Origin: an uncultured delta proteobacterium
GTDB lineage: Bacteria > Desulfobacterota > Binatia > UBA9968
Length of the DNA stretch: 64,000 nucleotides
Assembly: GCA_963816145.1 (NCBI GenBank)
Contig: CAWFJP010000029.1
Coordinates: forward strand, 288,001 to 352,000
Direction of reading: 5' to 3'
Part shown: piece by piece, positions 40,292-51,241 of the stretch
How positions within the stretch are numbered: position 1 is the first letter of the stretch
Layout: every line of letters starts with the position of its first letter
Position numbers and translations under genes: made by a program
The notes under the pieces: model-generated
The model's database searches: none
Seen by the model: the letters and a program-made list of their open reading frames with translations, nothing else
What the model was told of the DNA's origin: nothing

Positions 40292-40699
40292 CCCTTCGGT
40301 TAATGATCCATTGCTTTATGACTAACTTGCCGGCCTAGAAGGTGACAACGCAATCGGTGAGCCAGTAGCCTCTTTGTGAAAGCGTTGCAGTCGAGGTAAT
40401 CATCGGGCAAGTGGCGTAAGAGCGTGGCTGGGTGGAGTTGCCCGACGGCACGGGGCCGGGTGGTCGACCGGGCCGGCCCAAGGTGCTGGAAGTGGGTTCG
40501 GATCCTCTGGCAAAGCGATCGGCCATCTGGCGCAGAATCTAGTGCTGGGGACCGTCACGCCGCTGAGCTATGGCTGCCACGATGCGATTTGGCACCGCAC
40601 CGCGACGGTGGATTTGCCGGCCGCGGAACAGGTTGTCATGGCTAATTCAACCGAACGGCGCCCTTGAGAATCGTTCGCTGAAGTGAGATATAGCCGACC

Positions 40700-40918
40700 A
40701 TGGCCAACCTGTATCACAACGACCGGCTGATTATCGCCTACGCGTCGATGAATCAAAGCACCAAGGATTGGAGCGCGGGAGCAGAGATTACCTGGAAACG
40801 TGATGGCGAGCGTTTTAGCCACACCGTCGGCGGCTTGGGCGATCGCTTCAAGTCCAGCGAGGATGCCGAGCGGTTTGTCATCAACCTCGCCAAAGCCTGG
40901 ATCGACTCCAATCCCTGA
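40700..40918 (+). CDS. Hypothetical small protein
   Basis: 72 aa ORF with coding-like codon usage. Confidence 0.6.
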   Translation: MANLYHNDRLIIAYASMNQSTKDWSAGAEITWKRDGERFSHTVGGLGDRFKSSEDAERFVINLAKAWIDSNP

Positions 40919-41018
40919 CGCCTGTCTAGAGAATCAATTAGCGTTTCTCTCGGGGATGGTTGAAATCCCGCGCCCCTTCGAAACACCTCTGGGCCGACTT
41001 CAGGCGAGGAGAAGGTTT

Positions 41019-41102
41019 GTCATGCCGGCGCAGGCCGGCATCCATTTTTGCGCGCAATGCAAGGCCATAGAAAACCTGGATTCCGGCCTCCGCCGGAATG
41101 AC
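41019..41102. repeat. REP-like family A copy (half copy at 41210-41241)
   Basis: GTCATGCCGGCGCAGGCCGGCATCCA...TGGATTCCGGCCTCCGCCGGAATGAC. Confidence 0.8.
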
Positions 41103-41308
41103 CAAAGTCAAATATCCAGCAATAAGCTATGGGCATTATATCGATGTTGTGAGATTGCTTCTAATCGTCACACTCGAATGTGTCTATCGGAGGCCAGTTC
41201 CGGACTTGTCTGGATTCCCGCTAACGACATGCGGGAATGACGGAGTTGGAAACGGGAATGCGTGCAACGCAGCAAGCTGCGGGAAATCGACCCGCAGGGA
41301 TTCCAGTT

Positions 41309-41740
41309 CTACCGCGGGTGTTTCGCCGTGCCGGCCCAGCCGGTTTCAGAGATGTCGATGATGACACCGTCCGGGGCGCTGTATTTGACCTCTGCGTTGA
41401 CATGGGACGCCAGGTTGCGGCCCAAACCTAATGCTTGATTGATGTCGTCGCGAATCGGCGCCCCGGCGTCGGTGAGTTTCTTGTCGATGGTTTCGATGCT
41501 ATCGACCTCGAAGCCGATATGGTGCAGGCCGCTATATTCTTTGCCCTGCGGTACGCCCGCGGTTTGGTCGTTTTTGAATTTCAGCACGGCAAAGTTGATG
41601 TCGCCGTCGGTCAAATGAAAGCCGGTGGCGCCAGGACTGTTGATCTTGGCGATTTCCCTGAGGCCGAATACTTCTTTGTAGAACTGCGCGGTCTTTGCCG
41701 GATCTTGGGTGGCGATTGCGATATGTTTGATCTTTGCCAT
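41309..41740 (-). CDS. VOC / glyoxalase family protein
   Basis: KIKHIAI..DPAKTAQFY..FGL, GLHHIGFEV, PDGVIIDIS. Confidence 0.88.
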   Translation of the reverse strand: MAKIKHIAIATQDPAKTAQFYKEVFGLREIAKINSPGATGFHLTDGDINFAVLKFKNDQTAGVPQGKEYSGLHHIGFEVDSIETIDKKLTDAGAPIRDDINQALGLGRNLASHVNAEVKYSAPDGVIIDISETGWAGTAKHPR

Positions 41741-41948
41741 GGGGCCCCCTTTGCCGATCAATTTACTTGATCTCTACAATAGCTCGTATGCCGCCGCAAG
41801 GTTAGCCCCACGTTGGCGCAAAGGACCTGTCGCCTGCCGCATTGGAAAAGCTTCATTAAAGCAGGCAATATAGGCGAAGTTATAGAACAGACTTCGATTA
41901 GGCGGTGCGCCGACTTTGGAAGTGCGCAGGCGCGAAAGGTAAGACGCG

Positions 41949-43295
41949 ATGAACTACAACGCATGGTTTCAGTGCATTAACGGCTGCCCCGGGCAATACA
42001 ATCTCCTGGAGATTATCTATCGTTGTCCGTCTTGCGGCGATCTGCTCGAAGTCCGCCATGATATGGAAGCGCTTCGCACGCGGGCGGCGGCGGGCTGGAT
42101 TAAGCTCTTCGACGAGCGAGTCAGACAAAATGTCTATCCTTACGGTTCCGGCGTCTGGGCGAAAAAAGAGTGGGTCATCCCGTTCATCGACAACGAGAAC
42201 ATCGTTTCGACTTGCGAGGGTAATACCAATCTGTTCTGGGCCAACCGTTACGGCAAGCAGATGCATCTCGAAGACCTCTGGGTCAAGCAGTGCGGCAACT
42301 CGCATACCGGGTCGTTCAAAGATCTCGGCATGACGGTTCTGGTGTCGGTGGTCAAACAGATGATCGCCAACGGCGAGCCGATCGACGCGGTGGCTTGCGC
42401 TTCGACCGGCGATACCTCTGCCGCTCTGGCCGCCTACGGCGCCGCCGCCGGAATTCCTACGGTGGTGTTCCTGCCGCGCGATAAAGTCTCGCCGGCGCAG
42501 CTAGTGCAGCCGCTTGCCAATGGCGCTTTGGTGTTGTCGCTCGACACCGATTTCGACGGTTGCATGGCCGCGGTGCAGGAAGTCACCCAGCAAAAGCGCT
42601 TGTATCTGGCCAACTCGATGAACAGCTTGCGCATCGAAGGGCAGAAAACGATTTCCCTTGAGATCGTCCAGCAGTTCGATTGGGAGGTTCCCGACTGGGT
42701 GGTCCTGCCGGGCGGCAACTTGGGTAACGTCAGCGCCTTCGGCAAGGGTTTTTTGATGATGTACGATCTTGGCTTGATCTCGAAATTACCGCGCATTTGC
42801 GTCGCTCAGGCGGAGAATGCCAATCCGCTCTATCTGTCGTACCTGGAAAATTTCGAACACTTCGAGCCGGTGACGGCGAAAAAAACCTTGGCAAGCGCGA
42901 TTCAGATCGGCAATCCAGTGAGTATCCGCAAGGCGATCTCGACGTTGCAGCGTTTCAACGGCGTCGTCGAACAGGCCTCGGAACAAGAACTGGCCGAAGA
43001 AGTGGCGCGGGCGGATCGCACCGGCATGTTCAACTGCCCTCATACCGGTGTCGCGCTGGCGGCGCTGCGCAAGCTGGTCGATAAGAAAATCATCCATGGC
43101 CGCGAACGCGTCGTGGTGATTTCAACCGCCCATGGGCTCAAGTTTGCCGATCAGAAGATCGCTTACCATGCCGGCGCTTTGCCGGGGATCAAAGCTTCCC
43201 AGGCGAACCAACCGGTGCAGGTGAGCGCCGATCCGAAAAAGATCAGCGACGCAATCTCGCGCTACGTCGAAAGGGTGCGACTGCTGGATAGCTGA
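41949..43295 (+). CDS. thrC: Threonine synthase (plant/cyanobacterial-like type)
   Basis: [14 protein letters not shown] (PLP lysine), [24 protein letters not shown]. Confidence 0.93.
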   Translation: MNYNAWFQCINGCPGQYNLLEIIYRCPSCGDLLEVRHDMEALRTRAAAGWIKLFDERVRQNVYPYGSGVWAKKEWVIPFIDNENIVSTCEGNTNLFWANRYGKQMHLEDLWVKQCGNSHTGSFKDLGMTVLVSVVKQMIANGEPIDAVACASTGDTSAALAAYGAAAGIPTVVFLPRDKVSPAQLVQPLANGALVLSLDTDFDGCMAAVQEVTQQKRLYLANSMNSLRIEGQKTISLEIVQQFDWEVPDWVVLPGGNLGNVSAFGKGFLMMYDLGLISKLPRICVAQAENANPLYLSYLENFEHFEPVTAKKTLASAIQIGNPVSIRKAISTLQRFNGVVEQASEQELAEEVARADRTGMFNCPHTGVALAALRKLVDKKIIHGRERVVVISTAHGLKFADQKIAYHAGALPGIKASQANQPVQVSADPKKISDAISRYVERVRLLDS

Positions 43296-43475
43296 GCCGC
43301 AGGGGATAAGCGTTAAGATCGGAAGGTTTGGCCGCAAAGAACGCAAAGCTCTCATAGAAAGATGACTCGGATAATTAACCGCAAAGAGCGCAAAAGGCGC
43401 AAAGAGTTGAGATTGGTAGGGGTGGGTTTCAAACCCGCCCTCACAAGGCATGCGCGTTAACACAGGCAAGCAGCA

Positions 43476-44684
43476 ATGACTAAGAATTTTTCCAGTAAGA
43501 ACCCAGCCGGCAAGCCGTTTGGTTTTAGCACCTTGGCGGTGCATGGCGGCGAGCCGCGCCCCAAGCTCGGCAACTCATTGGCGACGCCGATCGTGCAAAC
43601 GGCGACCTACACGTTCGCCGATACTCAGGAACTGCACGATCACTTCCAGCATAAGATCGAGCGCGAGGAGTATGGCCGCTATGGCAATCCGACCCAACGC
43701 ATCGCCGAGCAAAAGCTCGCATCCTTGGAAGGAGCGGAGGACTGTTTACTGTTCTCCAGCGGCATGGCGGCGGTAACGACTGCGCTGTACGCGGTGTTGT
43801 CGCATAATTCCCACGTCGTGGTCACCGACGATTCTTACCGGCGCACTCGACAATTCTTGACCCAGACGCTGCAGCGTTACGGCATCGAAGTCTCGGTGGT
43901 GCCGGCGGGCGATTACCAAGCGATCGAAGAAGCGATCCGGCCGACCACGCGATGTTTGGTCAGCGAATCGCCGACCAATCCCTACAATCGCATCGTCGAC
44001 ATGGAGCGTTTTGCTGATATCGGCAAGCGCCATCGGGTGAAGACTTTGATCGATGCGACTTTTGCCACGCCGTTCAACCAGCGGCCGTTGGAGTTCGGCA
44101 TCGATCTGGTGCTCCATTCGGCGACTAAATATCTGGGTGGCCACAACGATCTGCTCGCCGGTGCCGTCCTCGGCGGCGCGGAGTTGGTCGACGGTATTCG
44201 CTCGCTGCAACATGTCACCGGCGCGATTATCGATCCCTTGGCGGCGTACTTGCTGGTGCGTGGACTCAAGACCTTCGGCCTGCGCATCGAGCGGCAGAAT
44301 GCCAATGCTCAAGGCTTGGCGGAATTTCTCGCCGGCCATCCGAAAATCGCCGCGGTGCATTACGCCGGCTTGCCAAGCCATCCCGACCACGCGATCGCGC
44401 GCCGGCAAATGCGCGGCTTCGGCGGTGTCGTGTCTTTCGAGTTCAATGGCGATCTCGATGCGACGTCGCGGGTCGTCGACGGCTGCCGCATTCCGCAGAT
44501 CGCGCCGTCGCTCGGCGGCGTCGAGAGTCTGATCGAACAGCCGGCGCTGATGAGTTTCTACGAGCTCAGCACGGAAGAACGATTGATGGTGGGCATCAAG
44601 GATAATTTGATCCGCTATTCGGTCGGCATCGAAGACACGGCGGATCTTATTGCCGATTTGGCGGCGGCTTTGGAGCAGGCGTAG
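43476..44684 (+). CDS. metB: Cystathionine gamma-synthase (Cys/Met metabolism PLP enzyme)
   Basis: EYGRYGNPT, FSSGMAA, ESPTNP, HSATKYLGGHND, APSLGGVESL. Confidence 0.85.
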   Translation: MTKNFSSKNPAGKPFGFSTLAVHGGEPRPKLGNSLATPIVQTATYTFADTQELHDHFQHKIEREEYGRYGNPTQRIAEQKLASLEGAEDCLLFSSGMAAVTTALYAVLSHNSHVVVTDDSYRRTRQFLTQTLQRYGIEVSVVPAGDYQAIEEAIRPTTRCLVSESPTNPYNRIVDMERFADIGKRHRVKTLIDATFATPFNQRPLEFGIDLVLHSATKYLGGHNDLLAGAVLGGAELVDGIRSLQHVTGAIIDPLAAYLLVRGLKTFGLRIERQNANAQGLAEFLAGHPKIAAVHYAGLPSHPDHAIARRQMRGFGGVVSFEFNGDLDATSRVVDGCRIPQIAPSLGGVESLIEQPALMSFYELSTEERLMVGIKDNLIRYSVGIEDTADLIADLAAALEQA

Positions 44685-44697
44685 GGAAAAGAGATTT

Positions 44698-45085
44698 AAC
44701 CGCAAAGAACTTTGCGCGGCTTAGCGTCAGTCAAAGAAGATTCGGAACCAGATAATTTACCGCAAAGGGCGCCGAGAACGTAAAAACTTGTCGGAGTACC
44801 TCCCGCCAAGGCGCAAAGGTCGTAGCGTGTCATTTCGACCGACGGGAGAAATCTTTCGTGGACCCCTAGCATCCACTCGGGATGACGGCCATATGCCCGT
44901 CAGTTAGCGTCTTGGCGGGAGGAAATTCCGGATCCGGGCGCCTTCAAGTGCCAGAAGGATTTGCGCAAGCCGCGTAAATTGTGAGCTAAATTATTGCAAA
45001 GGGTGCGAAGAAAAGAAATCGATTTCCGAACTTTGCGTTCTTGGCGGCCCCTTCGATTAAACTCAGGACAGGCTTAGCGCGGCAA
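44698..45085. repeat. Cluster of nested palindromic repeats including a family B copy (44802-44920)
   Basis: Repeated CGCAAAG / CTTTGCG units, the GTCATTTCGACCGACGGGAG core and CCCTTCG..CTCAGGACAGGC. Confidence 0.7.
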
Positions 45086-45174
45086 AACTCTTCACCGACC
45101 GTTGCGCACTATTCCATTCGCATCTTCGAGTTGACGACATCATCTCTGTTATTGAAGAGGCCGCCAAACCGGGG

Positions 45175-45522
45175 ATGAGAGTCGTTTTCCTCGTTCGTTA
45201 TCCCGTAGATCCCTGGGAATGGTTCCGGGACCACTGGGTGACAACAGCGTCTGCGAGAGACGCCGTGCCGGCGGGAAGGAAAGTCATGGAGAGATACTCC
45301 TGGGACGGGCAAATGGCGTTGGCAGAAGAGATGGTCACTCCGTGGCGTTCCGTTTTGCAAGAGATAGGAGTAAACGCGACCGTGACTGTTTATACCGGCA
45401 GTTTGTCAAGCGTGGGGAAAACTTATAGTCGCGAGGGCGAGATCTCACTCGTAATGCGGGCGCAGAAAAACCTTCCTGTAATGGGCTTCCTCCGTAGGCC
45501 CATCGTTGAGAGGCACAGCTAA
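45175..45522 (+). CDS. Hypothetical protein (possibly a fragment)
   Basis: 115 aa ORF, no clear RBS. Confidence 0.4.
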   Translation: MRVVFLVRYPVDPWEWFRDHWVTTASARDAVPAGRKVMERYSWDGQMALAEEMVTPWRSVLQEIGVNATVTVYTGSLSSVGKTYSREGEISLVMRAQKNLPVMGFLRRPIVERHS

Positions 45523-45909
45523 CGGCCAGCTGAAACGGCTGGTCCGTGTCAATGATCGCGGCGCTATGAAACTAGGAATGATCCGTTTGAGTTCGGAAGA
45601 CGTTCCGTGCAGCGGCCGAAATGTGTCGAGCATTCCATGCCGCAGGCAATTGGTTCAAAAGCTTCGACATTGTTAACAAAGCGACAAGTCAAGAATGAAG
45701 ACACGACGCCAAATCGCGACTAACCGTCCCAATGGCTGGTTGCCTGACGACCGCAACGGGAGCCTAACCTAACTCTAACTTGCTAACTGCTAATCTGCGC
45801 CTAAGCCTGTTGAAATCTTGATTGCGGGCTTCTGCCGGGTCAAGGTCGTTTCCCAAGAATTTTGATTGTGGCATTGTATCGGTAGCTCTTCTAAGAGCTA
45901 GGAGGCGGT

Positions 45910-46875
45910 ATGGTTTTTCGACTCGCGGTGGCGGTTTGGACGTTTGTTGCTGGGTGCAGTTTCTTAAGCCCTGTTGGCGCGCAGCCTTTGCGCATCAGTT
46001 ACTCCGGCGTTGCCGGGCAGAATCTGGCGATCTGGGTTACGTACGAAGCCGGGCTGTTCAAGAAGTACGGGCTCAATCTGGAAATGTTGATGATCGCCGG
46101 CGGGGTGACCAATCTCCAGGCGCTGATGGCGGGGGAGATCGCTTTCGTCTATCAGGGCGGAGCTTCGCCAGTGCAGGCGATTTCGCAAAACGCCGATCTG
46201 ACGATCCTCGCCACGGCTTATGGCTTGATGCCGTACGGAATCGTTACCGGCAAGGGCATTCAGACTGCCGCCGACCTCAAAGGCAAGCGCGTGGCGGTGT
46301 CGCGAGTAGGCGGCATCGAGGAGACTGCCATTCGTTTTGCGCTGGATAAACTAGGTGTTGGGGCGCGCAACGTGACCTTCATTCAAACCGGCGCTGATCC
46401 CGTGCGCATCGCCGCTGTCGAATCGGGTGTGGCCTCCGCTGCGGCGTTGGCGCCGCCCGGGCTCTTCGGCGCGACCGCGCGGGGCCTAAACTTGCTGACC
46501 GACCTTGGCACGCTCAATATTCGCTACCCGGCCTCGGTAATCTCCGCGCGCAAGACTGCGCTGACGTCGGAGCGGCCATTGGCGAAACGCTTTCTCATGG
46601 CGCTGGTCGAAGGCTTGCACGTCTATCATCAGAACAAGAGCCTGGCGATTAAAGCATTGCAGAAGTATACCCAGCAGAACAACGCCGAAATCTTGTCCAA
46701 GTCGTACGATTACTTCGTCAAGAACACGCCGCTGGTGCCGTTGTCTGACGTAGTAACGTTCGAAAACGCTCTGCCCACCGACAAGCCGAGCGAGCGGAAG
46801 CCGCAAAGCTTTTACGACAACTCGATCCTAGAAGAGCTGGTGCAAGAAGGGTTCGTGAAGAAAATCGGTCGCTGA
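45910..46875 (+). CDS. ABC substrate-binding protein (NMT1/SsuA-like)
   Basis: AGGAGG RBS, signal peptide, GLFKKYGL, DLKGKRVAV. Confidence 0.85.
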   Translation: MVFRLAVAVWTFVAGCSFLSPVGAQPLRISYSGVAGQNLAIWVTYEAGLFKKYGLNLEMLMIAGGVTNLQALMAGEIAFVYQGGASPVQAISQNADLTILATAYGLMPYGIVTGKGIQTAADLKGKRVAVSRVGGIEETAIRFALDKLGVGARNVTFIQTGADPVRIAAVESGVASAAALAPPGLFGATARGLNLLTDLGTLNIRYPASVISARKTALTSERPLAKRFLMALVEGLHVYHQNKSLAIKALQKYTQQNNAEILSKSYDYFVKNTPLVPLSDVVTFENALPTDKPSERKPQSFYDNSILEELVQEGFVKKIGR

Positions 46876-47086
46876 GCTGTAATCAGGAAATCGGAATATT
46901 TCCCACAAAGGTGCCAATGCGCGAAGTTAAGAAAGAATTTATTCTCCGAACTTGGCGCCATCGCACCCCTTCGATTTTGCACAGGGCATGCTTGGCATGA
47001 GACTCATCCGGTTTCGAACCTTTCGTGTTCTTCGTGGTGAGAGAGTCTTATTGTTTATTTAATGGAAATCGTTCGAACTGAGTATC

Positions 47087-47263
47087 TCAGCCGGTGATCT
47101 CGTAGCGCACGTTGGTCGGGCCTTCGACGCGGCGGTGGGCGCCGATTTCGAAATTGTAATTGCCCTGTAAAACTTTCCCCGCGACGCGCTCGGAGCGGAG
47201 GATTAGGCCGTAGGATTTTCCTGGGCCGCCTTGTTCGGCGTGGATGTCAAAGGGTGGTACTAG
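47087..47263 (-). pseudogene. 3' half of a cysteine-dioxygenase-like cupin gene split by an IS
   Basis: LVPPFDIHAEQGG..EGPTNVRYEI matches the C-terminus of the intact paralog 48888-49469. Confidence 0.9.
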
Positions 47264-48330
47264 GAGCCTGTCGGAGAAAGTGTTAAGGGGCAGGTATAAA
47301 AAGTTTTCAGCATGGCCATTTTTTCTGGACACCCAATTGATCGAGACTATATTGGTGTGCATGAGAACGTTCAAGTCGTACCAACCTGATCAACTTTACT
47401 TGTTGCCGCCAGCGCTTCGCGATTGGTTGCCCGAGGGGCACCTGGCGCTGTTTCTCAGCGATGTGGTGGATACGCTGGAATTGGGGCCGATCTTTGATGA
47501 CTACGAGCAGGGCGATGGGCGAGGGCAGCCGCCGTATCATCCGGCGATGATGGTGAAGCTACTGATCTATGGGTACTGCATGGGCAAGCCGTCCTCGCGC
47601 AAACTGGAGCGGGCGAGCTATGAGGAGGTGGGGTATCGGGTGTTGTGCGCAGAGCAGCATCCGGACCATGACAGCATCGCCGAGTTTCGCAAGCGCCATC
47701 TTAAAGCGTTAGCCGGACTGTTTGTGCAGGTGCTGCGGCTGTGTCAGAGAGCGGGGCTGGTGAAGTTGGGGCATGTAGCGCTGGACGGGACCAAGGTCAA
47801 GGCCAACGCATCCAAGCACAAGGCGATGAGCTACGAGCGGATGTGCAAAGCGGAGCAGGAATTAGAGCTTGAGGTCAAGCGGCTGCTGGAGCTGGCCGAG
47901 AAGGTCGATGGGGCGGAAGACCAGGAGTTTGGGGAAAAGCGCGGGGATGAGTTACCGGCGGAGTTGGCGCGGCGAGAGAGCCGGCTTGCCAAGATTCGTC
48001 AAGCGAAGGCTGAGCTGGAAGAGGAGGCGCGCCAGCGCGCCGAGCAGGCTGCGGCCCAGGCGCAAGCAGAGATTGAAGAGCGACGGCTCAAGGAAGAGCA
48101 GACGGGGAACAAGGCCAAGGGGCGAGAGCCCAAGATAAACGATCCCCAACAAAGCGTGCCCCAACCCAAAGCACAGAGAAACTTTACCGATCGGGATTCA
48201 CGGATCATGAAGGACGGGGCGACGGGGGGCTTTGTTCAAGGGTACAATTGCCAAGCGGTGGTCGATAGCCATGCCCAGATCATCGTGGCGGCGGCGCTCA
48301 CGCAACAGGCCAATGACAAGCAGCAGTCCG
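47264..48330 (+). mobile_element. IS1182-family insertion sequence, right end missing
   Basis: Begins GAGCCTGTCGGA right after CTAG; transposase motifs YHPAMMVKLLIYGY, PDHDSIAEFRKRH, ALDGTKVKANAS, NFTDRDSRIM, GYNCQ; ends abruptly after ANDKQQ with no matching right IR. Confidence 0.9.
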
Positions 48331-48359
48331 GTCGACTTTGCCGGGAGTGCCTTGGGTGA
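47361..48359 (+). pseudogene. IS1182 transposase, C-terminally truncated
   Basis: Lacks the distal DDE residues; the frame runs into the antisense host gene. Confidence 0.85.
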
Positions 48360-48747
48360 TGCTTTCGATCTCTAATTTAGCGTATCCTTCTTTGGTGCCG
48401 TCGTCGACTCGACGATAGCGCTCCAGTGTTTCCGTTCCTTCGAGCAGTCCGTAGGCGGTCCAAGATTGGGCGTGATCGTGGATGCTGCCTTTGCGATTGG
48501 CGCCATGCACCACGCCGTTGATGGCAAAGCCAAAGTCGGGGTCTTCATAGAAAAGCAGATTGCGCCGGCCGCCGTCGGTGTCGGGCCAAGTTTTGCAGGT
48601 CTGGCGCATGGACTCGTCTTTGACCAGCGTTTCGAGTAAATCGCGGCCCTTTTTCATCCGCAATTCGGTGTCCGGGAGTGTCGCCCAGGCGTGTCGCAAA
48701 TCTTGAATGAATTTTTCGAATGCCGGGAGCCGTTTCGCAGTCGACAT
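48331..48747 (-). pseudogene. 5' half of the IS-interrupted cupin gene
   Basis: GGAGG RBS; MSTAKRLPAFEKFI..GSIHDHAQSWTAYG..TPGKVD stops exactly at the IS junction. Confidence 0.9.
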
Positions 48748-48887
48748 TGTAACCTCCGTTTGACCTGCTTCTTGGTATTCAAGATTAAAAGAGGACAATT
48801 ATTCACCACAGAGGCACAGAGCTCACAGAGTTCGGAAAAGATACTGCCTCTGTGTTCTCGGCGTCTCTGCGGTGCAATCTCCGATCC

Positions 48888-49469
48888 CTATTTGATTTCG
48901 TAAGGGATGTTGGTCGGGCCTTCGACCTGGCGATGCAGGTTGCCTTCGATGCTGTAGCTGCCTTGCAGCACTTTGCCGGCGACGCGTTCGGAGCGCAAGA
49001 TTACGGCGACCGAGCGTGTCGGGCCGCCTTGTTCGGCGTGGATGTCGAAGGGCGGCACGAGATCGACCTTGCCGGCATTGCCTTCGGTAACGCTTTCCAG
49101 TTCCAGTTTGGCATAGCCTTCTTTTGAGCGATCATCGACGCGGCGATAGCGTTCCAAACTTTCCGTGCCGTCGAGCACGCCGTAGGCGGTCCAGGCGTGG
49201 GCATGATCGTGAATGCTGCCTTTGCGGCCGGGTACGCGGACGACGCCGTTGATGGCAAAGCCGCATTCTTCATCTTCGTGGAACAGCAGATTCTTTCTGC
49301 CTTCGGTGGATGGCCAGGTTTTTGACGCCTGGCGCAACGACTCGTCCTTGACCAATCCTTCGAGCAGCTCGCGCCCCCTTTTCATGCGTGCTTCGGTGTT
49401 GGAAAGCTCTTTCCAGGCCGCGCGCAAATCATCGATGAACTTTTGAAACGCCGGGATATGTTTACTCAT
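48888..49469 (-). CDS. Cysteine-dioxygenase-like cupin (intact paralog)
   Basis: GSIHDHAHAWTAYG and DIH metal-ligand pattern; GGAGG RBS. Confidence 0.75.
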   Translation of the reverse strand: MSKHIPAFQKFIDDLRAAWKELSNTEARMKRGRELLEGLVKDESLRQASKTWPSTEGRKNLLFHEDEECGFAINGVVRVPGRKGSIHDHAHAWTAYGVLDGTESLERYRRVDDRSKEGYAKLELESVTEGNAGKVDLVPPFDIHAEQGGPTRSVAVILRSERVAGKVLQGSYSIEGNLHRQVEGPTNIPYEIK

Positions 49470-49555
49470 GTTACCTCCTCATCGGAAATTCCCCCCGCAA
49501 AGGCACGATATCGCCAAGGTCGGAACGGGAATTAGAGTTTTTGCTAAATCTAATG

Positions 49556-50533
49556 CTATTTAATCATCTCTCGGCGGACTTCTTCAAGCGGTCGGAAGTC
49601 GACGATCTTATTCAGCGGAACATCGCCGATGCTTTTGTCGGCGCGCTGCATCTGGCTCATGTGGACTTTCAGTCCGGCGTCGCTCGCGGCGCCGTCTTTG
49701 CTGAAGGACTTCGCCAGCGATGCGTAGGACTCCTTGGCTGTGTTGGCATCGACGCGCCACTCCCGTTCGAGGATCTGGATCGATTCCTCCGGTCTTTCGC
49801 GCGCGAAGATCAGTCCGCGATAGAGTCCGCGCAGCAAGCGTTTGGTGAGATCGCGCTTTTCACTGAGTTGGCGTTCGGTGGTGGTAAAACCGTTGCTGGG
49901 AAACTCGATGGCGTCGCCCAGGAAAAGCAGTTCGCGGAAGCCTTTTTGTCTGAGAAGCACATTGTCCGGAGGGATGGCGATGGTGGCGTCGACCGAGCCG
50001 GCGGCGAGTGCGGCGACCCGGGTGCTCGGCAGGCCGATCATGATCAGCACGGCGTCCCGCTGGGCGTCCATGCCTTCACGTGTAAAGGCGATCTTGGTGG
50101 CCAATTCGATGGTATCGCCGAAGCGGACGATGCCGATGTATTTACCGCGCAGCTCTAGAATCGACTTGAACTGCGGTTTGGCCATCAAGAAATAGTTGGG
50201 CCGCGCCGCGCCAAAAAAGATCGTCTTGATCGGCGCGCCCTTGGCAGCAAGGCGCAGTGCCGAGTCGGCGACGCCGTGGTAGTCGACGTCGCCGGAAAGT
50301 AGCGCGTTATGGGCTAGCTGCGGCAGCATGATCGGCGTGTCGATGTCGATGTTGTCGTCTTTGAAGAAGCCTCTATGGATCGCGACGTAGAGCGGCAAGT
50401 AGCCCATCGATTTGGCGGGCAGCGCCAGGCGAACACGATCCGCGGCGCGGCATTCTTCGAAACCGCCATTGCCAATAACGATGAGAAACGCAGTTAGGAT
50501 TTTTGAGATATTCCACCGCATCAGATTTGTCAC
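49556..50533 (-). CDS. ABC substrate-binding protein (NMT1/SsuA-like)
   Basis: RGFFKDD, ELRGKYIG, AGSVDA motifs; start uncertain. Confidence 0.82.
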   Translation of the reverse strand: MTNLMRWNISKILTAFLIVIGNGGFEECRAADRVRLALPAKSMGYLPLYVAIHRGFFKDDNIDIDTPIMLPQLAHNALLSGDVDYHGVADSALRLAAKGAPIKTIFFGAARPNYFLMAKPQFKSILELRGKYIGIVRFGDTIELATKIAFTREGMDAQRDAVLIMIGLPSTRVAALAAGSVDATIAIPPDNVLLRQKGFRELLFLGDAIEFPSNGFTTTERQLSEKRDLTKRLLRGLYRGLIFARERPEESIQILEREWRVDANTAKESYASLAKSFSKDGAASDAGLKVHMSQMQRADKSIGDVPLNKIVDFRPLEEVRREMIK

Positions 50534-50640
50534 TTACCGCGGCGTTACGGAGACGGCTTGGGCGCGGTAGCCGACATTCAAGCGCTCGAGTTGCGGTGTC
50601 TCGGCGGCGGAGGCCTCTATCGGCACCAGTAGGGCAACTT
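50534..50640 (-). pseudogene. Probable remnant of an SBP N-terminus
   Basis: ASAAETPQLERLNVGY resembles the mature start of neighbouring SBPs, then stops. Confidence 0.4.
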
Positions 50641-50669
50641 GAAGGAAAGTCCGCTTGATGATTCGAACT

Positions 50670-50780
50670 TCCCCCTTTGGGAAAGGGGGAACGAGGGGAT
50701 TGTGGAAATGGTCCACTTAAGAAAATCCCCCCCTCCCCCCTTTTTTAAAGGGGGGATTGTTCGGATCAACGGGGGGATTT
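50670..50780. repeat. CCCCCTTT..AAAGGGGG palindromic repeat doublet
   Basis: Two short inverted-repeat units plus GGGGATT / AATCCCC arms. Confidence 0.7.
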
Positions 50781-50803
50781 GTTCTGCTATTTGGCGCAGT
50801 ACA

Positions 50804-51241
50804 CTACCCATTCGCTCGTGCTCTCGCTTTCTTCTCTTCCGGCGCTTTGATTCGGTCAAGCTGCTTGAGCGCGAAGTCGCCGTGGCCGACTTCTTTGTCG
50901 GTGGCGCTGAAGCGCGGGTTACCGGCCGGTTCGGCGCGGGCGCCAAGTAGGATCATGTACTCGTCGCCGGTGTTGTCGAGTTGATAAAGCTGGCCGGCGG
51001 GAATCGTCACCAGCATGCCGGGATTGAGAGCCCGCGACGTGCCGTCGGAAAAGTGAAAAGTGCACTGGCCTTGAATGCAGTAGAACTGCTGGTCGGCGGT
51101 GTGCTTGTGCATCGGCCCCTTGGTGCCGGGATAGTCGCCGTGGACCCAGGTGTGAAACTGGTCCGAGGTGAACAGCACCTTTTTGCTGTGGCCGATCTCT
51201 AACTCCGGTTCTTTCAGTATATCGATAAATTCTGCAGCCAT
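50804..51241 (-). CDS. Cupin domain protein
   Basis: PMHKHTADQ.FYCIQG, IPAGQLY; AGGAGG RBS. Confidence 0.8.
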   Translation of the reverse strand: MAAEFIDILKEPELEIGHSKKVLFTSDQFHTWVHGDYPGTKGPMHKHTADQQFYCIQGQCTFHFSDGTSRALNPGMLVTIPAGQLYQLDNTGDEYMILLGARAEPAGNPRFSATDKEVGHGDFALKQLDRIKAPEEKKARARANG

